DNA of 64,000 bases, taken from Dehalococcoidia bacterium (GTDB lineage Bacteria; Chloroflexota; Dehalococcoidia; GIF9; UBA5629). Both the position numbers and the translations under genes were made by a program. Within the stretch, counting starts at the first letter, position 1; every line of letters starts with the position of its first letter. The stretch is taken from NCBI GenBank assembly GCA_034435835.1, contig DAOTWF010000017.1, forward strand, positions 79,617 to 143,616, in the 5' to 3' direction. The notes beneath the pieces were generated by a model, which worked only from the letters and a program-made list of their open reading frames with translations, did no database searches and was not told where the DNA came from. Positions 19,244 to 29,171 of this stretch are shown here, piece after piece.

Positions 19244-19615
19244 CTTGTTCTAATCACAACACGCCGACATCGTATATGCTTTAACAGAAGGGCAACGCTC
19301 GTTCATCAGCATTGTGCAACATTGTTGATATAATATGACATTAGCACACGAATCGCCGATGCCGTGGTATTTGCCGCACGGAGTGTCACATTTCATCCCT
19401 GTGGAAAGACAGCAAGACGAGGTCAGACATAGTCCTCAGCTCCTGCTAGCTTGGTCAAGCTGAACAGCGAGGACACCCGGGGTGATTTTGTCTGGACTCA
19501 ATCTCAACGTTATTGTAAGCGGGCTGCCTTCGTTAAAAACGCGGTCGAAATCTTAACACCCGTTTCCGATACTGCCCAAATCTTGCAGCAGCTTATCGTC
19601 CTCAGGGAAACCAGC

Positions 19616-20548
19616 TTACAGTCCGCGGAGGAACTCGGGGCGTAGCAGCGAGGTGTCCCCGGTGGCGAGCACACGCTCTATCGCGGCAAGCATCCGCTCC
19701 CGATCCTGCGGCAGTGTGCCGCGCACTGCCAGATAGTTGGAGGCGTGCATGGAGCTGAAAAAGCACCTGGTGAAACTGGCATTCTCTATCATCAACTTGA
19801 GTTCCTTCAGCGACTGTAGCGGTGGTACAGGATGGAACCTGCCCTCCTGCCAATTGTGGTAAAGAGGGGTGCCCGGCACCAGCATCAGCGCCAGCACGGC
19901 GGCATACTCAGGGTCTATAGCGGTAAGGACTTCAGCCGTTCGCAAGGCGTGCTGTTCACTTTTCTCCACACCCCCGAGCCCCAAGATGACTGTCACCGAA
20001 AGGGTTATGCCGGCTTCCTTCGCTTTTCTCCCCGCGTCGATAATCTGCTGACTGTCCACACGCTTGTGTACAGCTTCCAGTACTTCATCATCACCGCTCT
20101 CGATCCCCATGTACAGTATGGAGAGTTTGAGTTCCCTGAGCTGCCTGAGCTCCTCAACGCTCCTCCGCAGGATGTCCTGTGGTGTGGCATAGCTGCCAAC
20201 CCTCTCGATGGCAGGCAATTTTCGGTTCAAGTACTGCAACACTTCCTTGAGCTCGGGGAACGGGTAGACCAGGGCATCCCCGTCCTGCAGGAACACCCTC
20301 CTGCCGTCCCATTCACTTGCCACGGCATAGACCACAGCAGGCATGTTAGAAATACGGAGCCCGCTCCGCAGGAACAGGGCTAAGGCGTCTATCTCCTGCT
20401 TCACGCTGTCCACATCGCGGATTTGCAGTTTCGAGCCGTAATAGCCGCAGAAGGTACAGGTATTGTTGGAGCAGCCCGAGGTCAGGGGTAAGAAATAGCT
20501 CCTCCATTCGCTGGGCGGTCTGATTATCTCAGGTCTTCGAAAAGCCAT
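19616..20548 (-). CDS. radical SAM protein with non-canonical Cx4Cx2C cluster motif (HemN/Elp3-like core, no extra domains)
   Basis: LPLTSGCSNNTCTFCGYYG, with the codons checked on the DNA. Also LQDGDAL and MGIESGDDEVL, typical of the radical SAM core. 310 aa. Confidence 0.7.
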   Translation of the reverse strand: MAFRRPEIIRPPSEWRSYFLPLTSGCSNNTCTFCGYYGSKLQIRDVDSVKQEIDALALFLRSGLRISNMPAVVYAVASEWDGRRVFLQDGDALVYPFPELKEVLQYLNRKLPAIERVGSYATPQDILRRSVEELRQLRELKLSILYMGIESGDDEVLEAVHKRVDSQQIIDAGRKAKEAGITLSVTVILGLGGVEKSEQHALRTAEVLTAIDPEYAAVLALMLVPGTPLYHNWQEGRFHPVPPLQSLKELKLMIENASFTRCFFSSMHASNYLAVRGTLPQDRERMLAAIERVLATGDTSLLRPEFLRGL

Positions 20549-20563
20549 GGTCCTTTAATTATT

Positions 20564-21169
20564 CTAGCGACCGCTGAAAATTATCTGCCACAAGGAGGCT
20601 TTCCTGTAATTGGTGACCGTGCGCTGCTTTTCCACCACAACAGGCTTCCCGCAGTAGCCGCTAATAACGGCTGACACTTCCCCGGGATCAGTCCACTTTA
20701 GCCTTAAGCTCAGGCGCATGTTTCCTCCCCAGAAAACACCCTCTCTAAGCAACACCCTGTATTCGCCCAATGGCAGCGGAATATCCACCTCCCCCTCCGT
20801 GCCGAGCTGTTCATAAACTATTCTGCCGGTAGCGGTGTAAAGATACAACCCACCCGGGGCGGGGAGCTTGAAGCTACCGACCAGCCTGGCACCGGTGCTG
20901 GTGACAGAAAATGGCACGGTGAGACCCCCGGGCGTGGAGTAGACTCCACCTTCGTAGACCACCTCCTCCCGTTCCATCACGCCGATGGGAGTCTTTGCCC
21001 CGGCTAACTCACAGGGCTCCCACACGACCTCGATGTCCTGATAATTCTCCAGCACCTGATAGGGCACCGTCTTCCAGGGAACAGCAAAGAGGATGCATAC
21101 TACGGCAACTGCCCCAGCAGTTGCCGCCACAATAAGGATGGTTTTCTTACTCCAAACTATTCCTCGCAT
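20564..21169 (-). CDS. hypothetical membrane-anchored protein
   Basis: 201 aa. Single N-terminal TM helix (ILIVAATAGAVAVVCILFAV) followed by a beta-rich, G/V/Y-rich domain. Tightly spaced between same-strand neighbours. Confidence 0.5.
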   Translation of the reverse strand: MRGIVWSKKTILIVAATAGAVAVVCILFAVPWKTVPYQVLENYQDIEVVWEPCELAGAKTPIGVMEREEVVYEGGVYSTPGGLTVPFSVTSTGARLVGSFKLPAPGGLYLYTATGRIVYEQLGTEGEVDIPLPLGEYRVLLREGVFWGGNMRLSLRLKWTDPGEVSAVISGYCGKPVVVEKQRTVTNYRKASLWQIIFSGR

Positions 21170-21229
21170 GTCTAGACAACGGCACAGTCAGATTGTACAG
21201 TGCAACAAATCACCGGGCAACATCAAGAA

Positions 21230-22126
21230 TCAGGCTGGCTTTCCAGCCTTTGTCAGCCTCAATAAGCCAAAGAGCCAAGGGGCTCCCAGAGTGATCCACA
21301 AGCCCATAAGAGCATAGCGCAGGAAACGGAAAACGAGGTACAGCCCCGAGCTTTCGCCGGGGAATAACGCTTTGAGCCCGAGATACAAAGCCAGCACGAC
21401 CACCATGCCGACGAGGAAACGGGTAAGCCGCTGCCACCACCCCCCGATAGCCTCGAAGCGGACATAGCGGTCCGCCAGAACAAAACCCAGACTCGCCCCG
21501 GTCAGAGGCGCGAGCGTGGTCACGGTATTTTTGGTGGGATAGACCAAGACCAGCACAAGGGGCACTGCCAGCACCAGCAATATCTGCCACCACAGGTTTA
21601 ACCGGGACACCCACTTTTCCACCGGCGGCTGCACCGCCAGATAGACAGCCAGCAAGATGCCACCTATCGCCCAGCCAGCGAGGACGTCTGTGGGGAAGTG
21701 TACGCCCAGATAAACGCGGGAGAAGCCGATGAGCACTATCAGCGCTATGGCCAGCGCCAGGAGCCATGTCGTTCTCCAGCGGGCAGCGAGAGCACCCCAC
21801 ACAACGATTGCTGACTGGGCATGACCACTGGGAAGCCCGTAGCCCTCAGCTTCGGCGAGCTTGACACCGGGCTCGAGGACAAATGGGCGTGGATGCTGGA
21901 TGAGGTCCTTCAGGACGACATTGATATAGCTTGCCATAAGAAAGAAGGCAGCAAGGCGCACACCAAACCTGAAATCCAGACACCATACCAGCACCGGGAT
22001 GAGTATCAGGTAAAACTGTTCATCCCCCAGGAAGGTGATGGTGCGGAAGAAGCTGTCCAGCATTAGTCCATTGACCTGCTGGATGGCGGTAATTATGCTT
22101 ATTCCCCATTGCCAGACTGCTTCCAT
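21230..22126 (-). CDS. PAP2-family phosphatase (phosphatidic acid / undecaprenyl-PP phosphatase type) membrane protein
   Basis: All three PAP2 motifs are present: KDLIQHPRP, PSGH and SRVYLGVHFPTD. Multiple TM segments. Starts 7 nt after the truB stop. Confidence 0.8.
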   Translation of the reverse strand: MEAVWQWGISIITAIQQVNGLMLDSFFRTITFLGDEQFYLILIPVLVWCLDFRFGVRLAAFFLMASYINVVLKDLIQHPRPFVLEPGVKLAEAEGYGLPSGHAQSAIVVWGALAARWRTTWLLALAIALIVLIGFSRVYLGVHFPTDVLAGWAIGGILLAVYLAVQPPVEKWVSRLNLWWQILLVLAVPLVLVLVYPTKNTVTTLAPLTGASLGFVLADRYVRFEAIGGWWQRLTRFLVGMVVVLALYLGLKALFPGESSGLYLVFRFLRYALMGLWITLGAPWLFGLLRLTKAGKPA

Positions 22127-22133
22127 AGTCCTC

Positions 22134-23048
22134 CTAGAAGTCCACTGATTCCTCCGGTGGAGAAAACACCTTGAAAGGATGCCAGTGCCCCTTGTCTGTC
22201 ACAAACCGGAGCACCGCTACCAGATGACCGTCGCTGCTGTAGGCACGACAGTATTTGTCGTCCACCACCGCGTCAGCAGGCAGCACAAACGGGCTACCAC
22301 GTCTCACCGCAAGTTCGCTCTGCCCACTGAGTATCACCGCCTTCCAGTCCAGGAGCGGAGCGTCGATGGGGTGGAGGAACTCCCTCCAAGTACCTTCCTT
22401 GCAGGCGGACTCGAACTGCGGCAATGTCAGGGCATCTTCAATAGAAAAATGACCGCAGCGCAGCCGGGTGAGGTTATTGAGATACGCACCGCAGCCCAGG
22501 CGCTGTCCCAGGTCATGAGCCAGTGAGCGGATATAGGTGCCTTTGCCGCATGCCACCTCTATAGTGACCAGCGGGGGCTCATATTTGACGAGCCTGATAC
22601 TGTAGATGGTCACTCGCCTGGGCTTGGGGCTCACCCTCAAACCCTCTCGGGCAAGCTGGTAGTATGGCTTGCCGTCCTTTTTCAGCGCACTGAATGCCGG
22701 CGGGGTCTGCTCTATGGTGCCACATAAAGTCGTCAATGCTCCCTTCAGGTCGTCCGCGGAGATGCAAACTGGGTCACCTTTGTAGACCACCTTGCCCTCG
22801 CGGTCGAAGGTATCTGTGGCTTCCCCCAGCTTTATCTCCGCAAGATATGTCTTGCTTTCCGCGGCGATGAACTCTGCTACTCTGGTCGCCTGACCGAAGC
22901 AGACCGGCAGCACACCGGTGGCGATGGGGTCGAGGGTACCGGCATGTCCCAGGCGTCTTTCACCGGTAAGGCGTTTCAGCCGGGCGACGACACCGAATGA
23001 TGTCCACCCCTCAGGCTTATTGATATTGAGGATGCCGTCAGTCCCCAC
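22134..23048 (-). CDS. truB: tRNA pseudouridine(55) synthase
   Basis: GILNINKPEGWTSFGVV...LGHAGTLDPIATGVLPVCFGQATR. Start set to the GTG at 23048, preceded by GGAGGAAG; the track ORF runs to 23123. Overlaps the rbfA stop by 11 nt. Confidence 0.9.
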   Translation of the reverse strand: MGTDGILNINKPEGWTSFGVVARLKRLTGERRLGHAGTLDPIATGVLPVCFGQATRVAEFIAAESKTYLAEIKLGEATDTFDREGKVVYKGDPVCISADDLKGALTTLCGTIEQTPPAFSALKKDGKPYYQLAREGLRVSPKPRRVTIYSIRLVKYEPPLVTIEVACGKGTYIRSLAHDLGQRLGCGAYLNNLTRLRCGHFSIEDALTLPQFESACKEGTWREFLHPIDAPLLDWKAVILSGQSELAVRRGSPFVLPADAVVDDKYCRAYSSDGHLVAVLRFVTDKGHWHPFKVFSPPEESVDF

Positions 23049-23406
23049 CTTCCTCCCCGGTCTTATCGGATGCCAGCTCGTCGATAAGCTTGAGCACCTT
23101 GGCACCCTTCTCGATAGATTCATCGAGGTGGAAGCTGAGTTCTGGTATATGCTTCAGCCTGAGCCGGCTGGCTAGCTGACGGCGCAAGAAGCCGGAGGCA
23201 GCGGCAAACCCCTGCAGCACCTCCCCCTTGCTGACCTCCTCTCCGAAAATACTGACATATACTCTGGTATGGGTCAGATCCACAGAGGTGAACACCCTGG
23301 TTATAGAGATGAAGCTTCTCAGCCTAGGATCGTTGACCTGCTCACGGAGGAGTTCACTGATCTCCTGTCTGATAAGGCTGCTAATACGGTCAGTCCTTCT
23401 GGTCAT
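23038..23406 (-). CDS. rbfA: ribosome-binding factor A
   Basis: RISSLIRQEISELL...DPRL..ISITRV..S.DL.H..VYVS pattern. 122 aa. Located between infB and truB. Confidence 0.9.
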   Translation of the reverse strand: MTRRTDRISSLIRQEISELLREQVNDPRLRSFISITRVFTSVDLTHTRVYVSIFGEEVSKGEVLQGFAAASGFLRRQLASRLRLKHIPELSFHLDESIEKGAKVLKLIDELASDKTGEEGGD

Positions 23407-23467
23407 GTCACCTCCTCAGGTCTGTGGACCGGAGGCAGAGCTTTTAGCTCGGGAGAGAACCTGCTTC

Positions 23468-25291
23468 TCAGGTTACGACTGTCCTGCCAAGGACCTGGAT
23501 AACATCACCGACCTGAAAGTCGGAGAAGCCTTCCACACCAACGCCACACTCGAAGCCAGCGGCTACCTCCTTAACGTCCTCCTTGAACCTTCTCAGGCTG
23601 ATTATCTTAGACTCACAGACGACCCGTCCTTTGCGGACCACCCGCGCCAGGGCGTCCCGCCTCACTCTGCCCTCTTTCACCATTACGCCCGCTACTTTAC
23701 CCTTCTTCGCCGTATCGAAGACTGCCAGCACCTCCGCCTGCCCCTCTAGAACTTCAACATAGGTGGGCTCGAGCATGCCCTTGAGAGCTCGGGAGACATC
23801 GTCCACCAGCTCATAGATTACATTGTAATAGCGTATGCTCACACCTTCGAGTTCAGCCAGCTTCTGCGCACCGGGCTCGGTGCGGGTATTGAAGCCGATG
23901 ATTATCGCCTTTGAGGCGACGGCAAGGAGGACGTCGCTTTCGGAAACGGTTCCGCTGGCGCTGTGGATCACCCGCACCCTCACCTTCTCATCGCTGAGCC
24001 TTTCCAGGGAGTCCTTTATGGGCTCGATGCTGCCCTGGACATCGGTCTTGAGAATGATGTTAAGCTCTTTGGTCTTGCCGGCGCCGATCTGGGCTGAGAT
24101 ACCGGTCAGGCTGACAGCCCGGGCACGAACTGCTTCTCGCTCCGCCTGCCGCTTCTCCAGAATCTGCCGCGCCTCGCGCTCGCTGTCCACCACCTTGAAG
24201 CTGTCACCAGCTTGAGGCACACCGTTAAGCCCCAGTATCTCCACCGGTGTTGCCGGCTCAGCCTTCTTAAGGTGCTTGCCCAGGTCGCTGGACATGGCTT
24301 TTACCTTGCCCCAGGTATCGCCGGCAACCATGATATCCCCGAACTTCAGAACCCCCTTCTGTACCAGCAATGTCGCCACCGATCCCCTAGACTTATCCAG
24401 CTTGGCTTCTATCACCACGCCCTCGGCAGGGCAATCGGTCTCAGCCTTGAGCTCCATTATTTCGGCAAGGACCAGAATGTTTTCCAGGAGGTCATTTATG
24501 CCCTGCTTTTTCTTGGCTGATACGGGCACACAGATGACGTCACCACCCCACTCCTCGATCACCAGCCCCAGATCTGCGAGCTGCTGTTTCACCCTCTCCG
24601 GGTTGGCTTCGGGCTTATCGATCTTGTTAATAGCCACCACTATAGGCACATCTGCTGCCCGGGCATGGTCTATCGCTTCAATTGTCTGCGGCATCACGCC
24701 GTCATCGGCAGCCACCACAAGCACGGCGATATCGGTGACCTGGGCACCGCGCGCCCTCATGGCAGTAAAAGCCTCATGCCCCGGCGTGTCCAGGAAGGTT
24801 ATCTTTTTCGAGCCCACCTCCACTTGGTAAGCGCCGATATGCTGGGTAATGGCGCCCGCCTCGGTGGCGGTGACGTTACTCTGGCGGATGGCGTCAAGGA
24901 GGCTGGTCTTGCCGTGGTCGACATGCCCCATTATGGTGACCACCGGCGGTCGGAGCGAAAGCTTGCCCGCCCCGGTGGGCGTGGGACGTTTCACCGCCAT
25001 CCTGGTCACTTGTTTTCTGGCTTCGCGCCCGTAGACCGCTGCCACCAAAGCGGCGGTCTCAAAGTCCAGAACTCGGTTTATGTTCGCCATGATGCCGTTC
25101 CGCATCAACTGCTTGATGACCTCAATGGAGCTGACCTGCAACAGTTCAGCTAACTGCCTTACGGTTAGGGATGGCGGCAGCACAATCTGGGGCTTTGACT
25201 CTACAGTAGTTTTAGCGCCGGCGCTATTTTTTGCCTCGCCCGCCTTTACGCTGCTCGCCGCAGCTGGTTGTTTCTTCTCCCCCGTGGTCAC
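23468..25291 (-). CDS. infB: translation initiation factor IF-2
   Basis: GTPase motifs VVTIMGHVDHGKTSLLD, DTPGHEAF and NKID. Conserved C-terminal domains. 607 aa. Confidence 0.95.
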   Translation of the reverse strand: MTTGEKKQPAAASSVKAGEAKNSAGAKTTVESKPQIVLPPSLTVRQLAELLQVSSIEVIKQLMRNGIMANINRVLDFETAALVAAVYGREARKQVTRMAVKRPTPTGAGKLSLRPPVVTIMGHVDHGKTSLLDAIRQSNVTATEAGAITQHIGAYQVEVGSKKITFLDTPGHEAFTAMRARGAQVTDIAVLVVAADDGVMPQTIEAIDHARAADVPIVVAINKIDKPEANPERVKQQLADLGLVIEEWGGDVICVPVSAKKKQGINDLLENILVLAEIMELKAETDCPAEGVVIEAKLDKSRGSVATLLVQKGVLKFGDIMVAGDTWGKVKAMSSDLGKHLKKAEPATPVEILGLNGVPQAGDSFKVVDSEREARQILEKRQAEREAVRARAVSLTGISAQIGAGKTKELNIILKTDVQGSIEPIKDSLERLSDEKVRVRVIHSASGTVSESDVLLAVASKAIIIGFNTRTEPGAQKLAELEGVSIRYYNVIYELVDDVSRALKGMLEPTYVEVLEGQAEVLAVFDTAKKGKVAGVMVKEGRVRRDALARVVRKGRVVCESKIISLRRFKEDVKEVAAGFECGVGVEGFSDFQVGDVIQVLGRTVVT

Positions 25292-25602
25292 CCTTCAGTA
25301 TCCCCCCTGGACGGCAGATTTCTGCCATATTCTACCAGCATCTGGCGATTTTCCAAAGTCAGGTTGGTGCGCAATGCATGTTCCAGGCGGTTACCCTTCA
25401 GCCCCGTCTCCCAGCACTCACGGTAGGGACAGAGATAAGCACCCCGCCCCGTCAGCTTTCCCCTGGGATCGATCAGCACCTCCCCTCGATGGTTTACCAG
25501 ACGGACCATTTTCCTTTTGGCTTTCGTCTCCCGACAGGCTATGCAGGTACGCTGCGGGACGTGTTTACGCCGGATGGTCTGTGGTCTGGCCTCACTCTTC
25601 AA
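25288..25602 (-). CDS. ylxR: YlxR/RnpM-family (DUF448) RNA-binding protein
   Basis: QRTCIACRETKAKRKMVRLV...GRGAYLCP. Positioned between nusA and infB, overlapping both. Confidence 0.8.
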   Translation of the reverse strand: MKSEARPQTIRRKHVPQRTCIACRETKAKRKMVRLVNHRGEVLIDPRGKLTGRGAYLCPYRECWETGLKGNRLEHALRTNLTLENRQMLVEYGRNLPSRGDTEG

Positions 25603-26998
25603 GTTCGTCCTCGTCCATGTAAGCGGGCTTGGGGCGTACTTTCCTGGCTTTGCCCTTGGTCAGGTCAGACTCTTTCTTGCTCTTCTTCTTCGCCTTCTCC
25701 TGCCTTGCCGGCAATATGTCCTCGGCAAAGCGTATCTGAGGTATCTCCGTAGTTCTTGTCGTCGTCGCCCCTGAAGCCAGCACAAGCTCGTAGTCCGTTG
25801 CCGGTGCCACTGCTTCCTCCACAGCCTCTTCTTCCACAGCTTCAGCCACTTCAGCGGTCCCTGCTGCCGCAGTTACAACTTCAGGTGCCGGTATCTCCTC
25901 AGGCAGCACCGCTACCTCAGCCTTTGCCAGGGCACTGGCAACAGCCACCTTCTCCTTTTCCGCTTCAATGGCTGAAGCGCTTTTAATGTCTATCCGCCAC
26001 CCAGTGAGCCTGGCTGCCAGCCTGGCATTTTGTCCTTCCCTGCCGATAGCCAGTGAAAGCTGCCTGTCGGGCACAACCACCACGGCAGTGTTCTCCGCCT
26101 CGTTGAGCTGGACATCCAGCACCTGCGCCGGGCTCAGCGCATGAGCGATGAACACCGCCGGGTCATCCGACCATTCGATAACATCTATTTTCTCCCCGTT
26201 CAGTTCATTCACAATGCTCTGTATCCTGATACCCCGCAACCCCACACAGGAGCCTACGGGGTCAACGCCCGGCTGACGGGTAGCTACGGCGACCTTACTC
26301 CTCGACCCAGCTTCACGGGCGATCGCCTTTATCTCAATGACACCGCTCGCGATCTCCGGTATCTCCAGCTCCAGCAGCCGGCGCAGCAAATTGCGGTGCG
26401 AGCGTGACACCACTATCTGAGGACCCCGCGTCGTCTTGGTCACCTCAATGACATAGAGCTTCAGCCTGCGCCCGGTGCGGTAGCGCTCGCTGGGCACCTG
26501 CTCGCTGGCAGGGAGCACAGCTTCAGCCCTGCCCAGATCCACGAAGACTTGTTCCGGGGTGATGCGCACCACCGTGCCGCTCACTACATTGTCTTCCTTG
26601 CCGGTAAACTCCTCGTAGATGGCACGATGCTCAGCCTCGTGCAGGCGCTGCAATATCACCTGTCTGGCTGTCTGGGCAGCGATGCGGCCGGCATTGGGCG
26701 GAGTGCATTCGATGCTGATAACCTCGCCCACCTGCGCCGATTTGTTGATTTTCCGCGCCTCCGCCAGGGATATCTCACGGGCTGAATCGTGGGGGTCCTC
26801 AACCACCGTCTTCTTGACGAAAATCTTCACCTCGCCAGTGTTGGGGTTGATCTTGGCTGCTATGTCCTGACCGGCGGTGAAGGCGTCTTTCTTATACGCA
26901 GACACCAGTGCTGACTCGATTGCTGCCAGCACCGCTTCCTTGGGCAGATGTTTCTCCGCTGCTAACTGGGTCAGCGCAATCATGAACTCCGTCTTCAT
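25592..26998 (-). CDS. nusA: transcription termination/antitermination factor NusA
   Basis: N-terminal domain ([24 protein letters not shown]), S1 domain and two KH domains ([23 protein letters not shown]; [22 protein letters not shown]). Low-complexity acidic then lysine-rich C-terminal tail. Confidence 0.95.
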   Translation of the reverse strand: MKTEFMIALTQLAAEKHLPKEAVLAAIESALVSAYKKDAFTAGQDIAAKINPNTGEVKIFVKKTVVEDPHDSAREISLAEARKINKSAQVGEVISIECTPPNAGRIAAQTARQVILQRLHEAEHRAIYEEFTGKEDNVVSGTVVRITPEQVFVDLGRAEAVLPASEQVPSERYRTGRRLKLYVIEVTKTTRGPQIVVSRSHRNLLRRLLELEIPEIASGVIEIKAIAREAGSRSKVAVATRQPGVDPVGSCVGLRGIRIQSIVNELNGEKIDVIEWSDDPAVFIAHALSPAQVLDVQLNEAENTAVVVVPDRQLSLAIGREGQNARLAARLTGWRIDIKSASAIEAEKEKVAVASALAKAEVAVLPEEIPAPEVVTAAAGTAEVAEAVEEEAVEEAVAPATDYELVLASGATTTRTTEIPQIRFAEDILPARQEKAKKKSKKESDLTKGKARKVRPKPAYMDEDELEE

Positions 26999-27031
26999 AA
27001 TTCAACACCACCCCTGTAACTTTCTACCAAC

Positions 27032-27060
27032 AAAAAAGTGGGAACTTTGCCCCACTTTTT
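27032..27060 (-). terminator. rho-independent terminator-like hairpin (bidirectional shape) between uppS and nusA
   Basis: The plus strand reads AAAAAAGTGGG-aactttgc-CCCACTTTTT. On the minus strand the GTGGG/CCCAC stem, extended by A-T pairs, is followed by TTTTTTGTTGG. Confidence 0.55.
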
Positions 27061-27155
27061 CGCAATGATTGAATTCTACCAATTAGTTTACCATAAAAAA
27101 CGGCAAAAGGCAACCACTATGTTCAATTGCGACCTGTTATGTCCGAATTTTTTGA

Positions 27156-27914
27156 CTAACGCGGTGGCAGACCACCGAAACGCCGCTGCCGCTGGCTATA
27201 ATCTATAAGGGCTTTATCAAGTTCCTCCTGCCCGAAGTCTGGCCATAGGACGGGTATGAAATATATTTCCGAGTAGGCAGACTGCCAGATAAGGAAATTG
27301 CTCAGGCGTTTTTCACCTCCTGTACGGATGACCAGGTCGGGGTCGGGTATGCCGGCGGTGTACAGGTGGTGACTGAAAATCTTCTCGTCTATCCTGGATG
27401 CCGGAGTGCTACTAAGGACTAGGCGCTTTGCCGCCTCCACTATTTCGTTTCTGCCGCCGTAGTTGAAAGCTAGGCAGAGCGAAAGCCGACCATTGCCCTT
27501 GGTTAGCTCGAGCGCCCTTTTTATTTTGTCCCTAGCCTCTGGTGACAGCCCATCGAGCTTCCCCAGATGGTACAGCCTTATCCCTTTCTCCATCGCGTAG
27601 TCGAGCCCCTCATCGAGCTTTTCCTCCAGAATATGGAAAAGGGCGTCCACCTCCTGCCGCGGACGGCTCCAGTTTTCAGTGGAGAAGGCATACAGGGTGA
27701 GGTATGGAATACCGTAGCCAATAAAAAGCTCCACCACCCGCTGGGCAACTTTTGCCCCCTCGCGGTGTCCTTCAATCCGGGGCAAGCCTCGTTGCTCAGC
27801 CCACCGTCCGTTGCCGTCCATGATGATAGCAACATGCCGCGGCAGCTTTTCTGGTGGCAACGGCGGACTAACTTGAAACTGTGCCGACACCTGGTGCTCC
27901 CCTGCTAGCCACAA
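27156..27914 (-). CDS. uppS: isoprenyl transferase (undecaprenyl-diphosphate synthase family)
   Basis: PRHVAIIMDGNGRWA, TLYAFSTENW.RP, and the C-terminal RRFGG motif. Confidence 0.9.
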   Translation of the reverse strand: MWLAGEHQVSAQFQVSPPLPPEKLPRHVAIIMDGNGRWAEQRGLPRIEGHREGAKVAQRVVELFIGYGIPYLTLYAFSTENWSRPRQEVDALFHILEEKLDEGLDYAMEKGIRLYHLGKLDGLSPEARDKIKRALELTKGNGRLSLCLAFNYGGRNEIVEAAKRLVLSSTPASRIDEKIFSHHLYTAGIPDPDLVIRTGGEKRLSNFLIWQSAYSEIYFIPVLWPDFGQEELDKALIDYSQRQRRFGGLPPR

Positions 27915-27971
27915 TTCTACCCCCTTTGGTGGCTTTGGGCAAGCTAGCAGACTCTCCGGGACAATCTAATT

Positions 27972-29150
27972 TCAGCCGTCAGAAGATTTGGCTCTCCCCA
28001 CCGGATGCACCAGCAACGAGCGGGCAAGGTGCTTCAATGCCCCGGAAACAGCCCGCGAGTGGTAGTCAAAGTACAGGGGTTCTGCCTGACGCAGAAAGTC
28101 GGCAATGCCATAACGGACGGCGAAGTTATATAGGAACTCCACCTGCCCATTATCCAGCCTGCGATAGATACGATGCAGCAGATAGCTAGTCCTGAACTCC
28201 TTTCCAAGCTTGTCTTGCCAGCGCCGCTGGTAGCAGGACAGAGTTTTTTCCGAAAAATCACCACAGCGAAACGCCCTGCCCAGAACTTCAGCGGCGATGC
28301 CGGCACACAATGCCCCGTAGTATATGCCGCCTCCGGTGAGCGGTTTGACCTGACCGGCAGCTTCGCCGACCACGACCACGCGGCTGCCGAATGTCCTCTG
28401 CAGTGGATAGAGGGGGATGGCAGCGTATTTCGGCTGGCACTGTACTGCGGCTATTTTCCCCTCCGCCGCAAGCCGCCGTAAAAGCCTGTTCAGCTGCTGC
28501 TTGGGCTGACGGCGAACCATCAGCCCCGCCAGCCCCATCCCCTCCCTGGTGGGCACCAGCCAGGCGAAACTGCCCGGCGCCACTTCCTCATCCACATAGA
28601 CCTCCATCTCATCGGTGTTCACCCTTACCTCTGCCTGAGCACCGATGGTGAAATCGCTTATCCTGCCCAGCCCCAGCTTCGCTGGCAGTGACGACCCGAA
28701 ACCGCTGGCGATAGCCAGAACACGGCAATTGTAGCTCTTCGTCTCTCCATAGCACTCAGCCTTTACAGTAACGCCGGTATCCTCGATCATAATCTCGCTG
28801 GCACGTGTGCAGAACACACAGGATGCGCCCGCCGATCCTGCTCTCTCTGCCAGCAGCCGATCCAGAGCGGGCCTGTCGACCACCCAAGCGATAGCATCAT
28901 CACGCCGCAGGACCAACGAATCTCCCGAGGGGGACACCACCCTGACTGAACTCACCGGCCTCATCAGCAGGTCCCGAGGAACCTCCAGCAGTTCAAGACA
29001 TCTCTGACTGACTATACCCGTGCAGCAGATATCTTTTCCGGGCACGGTTTTCTTCTCCATCACCAGCACCGCATAACCGCGCCTGGCTAAGCTGAGGGCG
29101 AGGTAGCTGCCGGAGGGACCGGCGCCGACTATAGCCACGTCATAGAACAT
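27972..29150 (-). CDS. geranylgeranyl-reductase-family FAD-dependent oxidoreductase
   Basis: MFYDVAIVGAGPSGSYLA...VLVMEKK dinucleotide-binding start. CCTG motif region. About 390 aa, typical of the GGR family. Confidence 0.75.
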   Translation of the reverse strand: MFYDVAIVGAGPSGSYLALSLARRGYAVLVMEKKTVPGKDICCTGIVSQRCLELLEVPRDLLMRPVSSVRVVSPSGDSLVLRRDDAIAWVVDRPALDRLLAERAGSAGASCVFCTRASEIMIEDTGVTVKAECYGETKSYNCRVLAIASGFGSSLPAKLGLGRISDFTIGAQAEVRVNTDEMEVYVDEEVAPGSFAWLVPTREGMGLAGLMVRRQPKQQLNRLLRRLAAEGKIAAVQCQPKYAAIPLYPLQRTFGSRVVVVGEAAGQVKPLTGGGIYYGALCAGIAAEVLGRAFRCGDFSEKTLSCYQRRWQDKLGKEFRTSYLLHRIYRRLDNGQVEFLYNFAVRYGIADFLRQAEPLYFDYHSRAVSGALKHLARSLLVHPVGRAKSSDG

Positions 29151-29171
29151 ACCCCATCCGTCAGGGTACCC

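Noticed and set aside
19326-19334. Perfect extended -10 element TGATATAAT (plus strand) in the decayed islet.
   Set aside because: Downstream there is only a 42-aa ORF with no RBS or motif. In AT-richer decayed DNA such matches arise by chance. It is mentioned in the islet finding but not called as a feature.
26999-27155. Expected rimP upstream of nusA.
   Set aside because: The spacer is only 157 nt and holds a terminator-like hairpin. No RimP-like ORF exists there, so rimP is simply absent from this locus. I do not treat that as significant without the rest of the genome.
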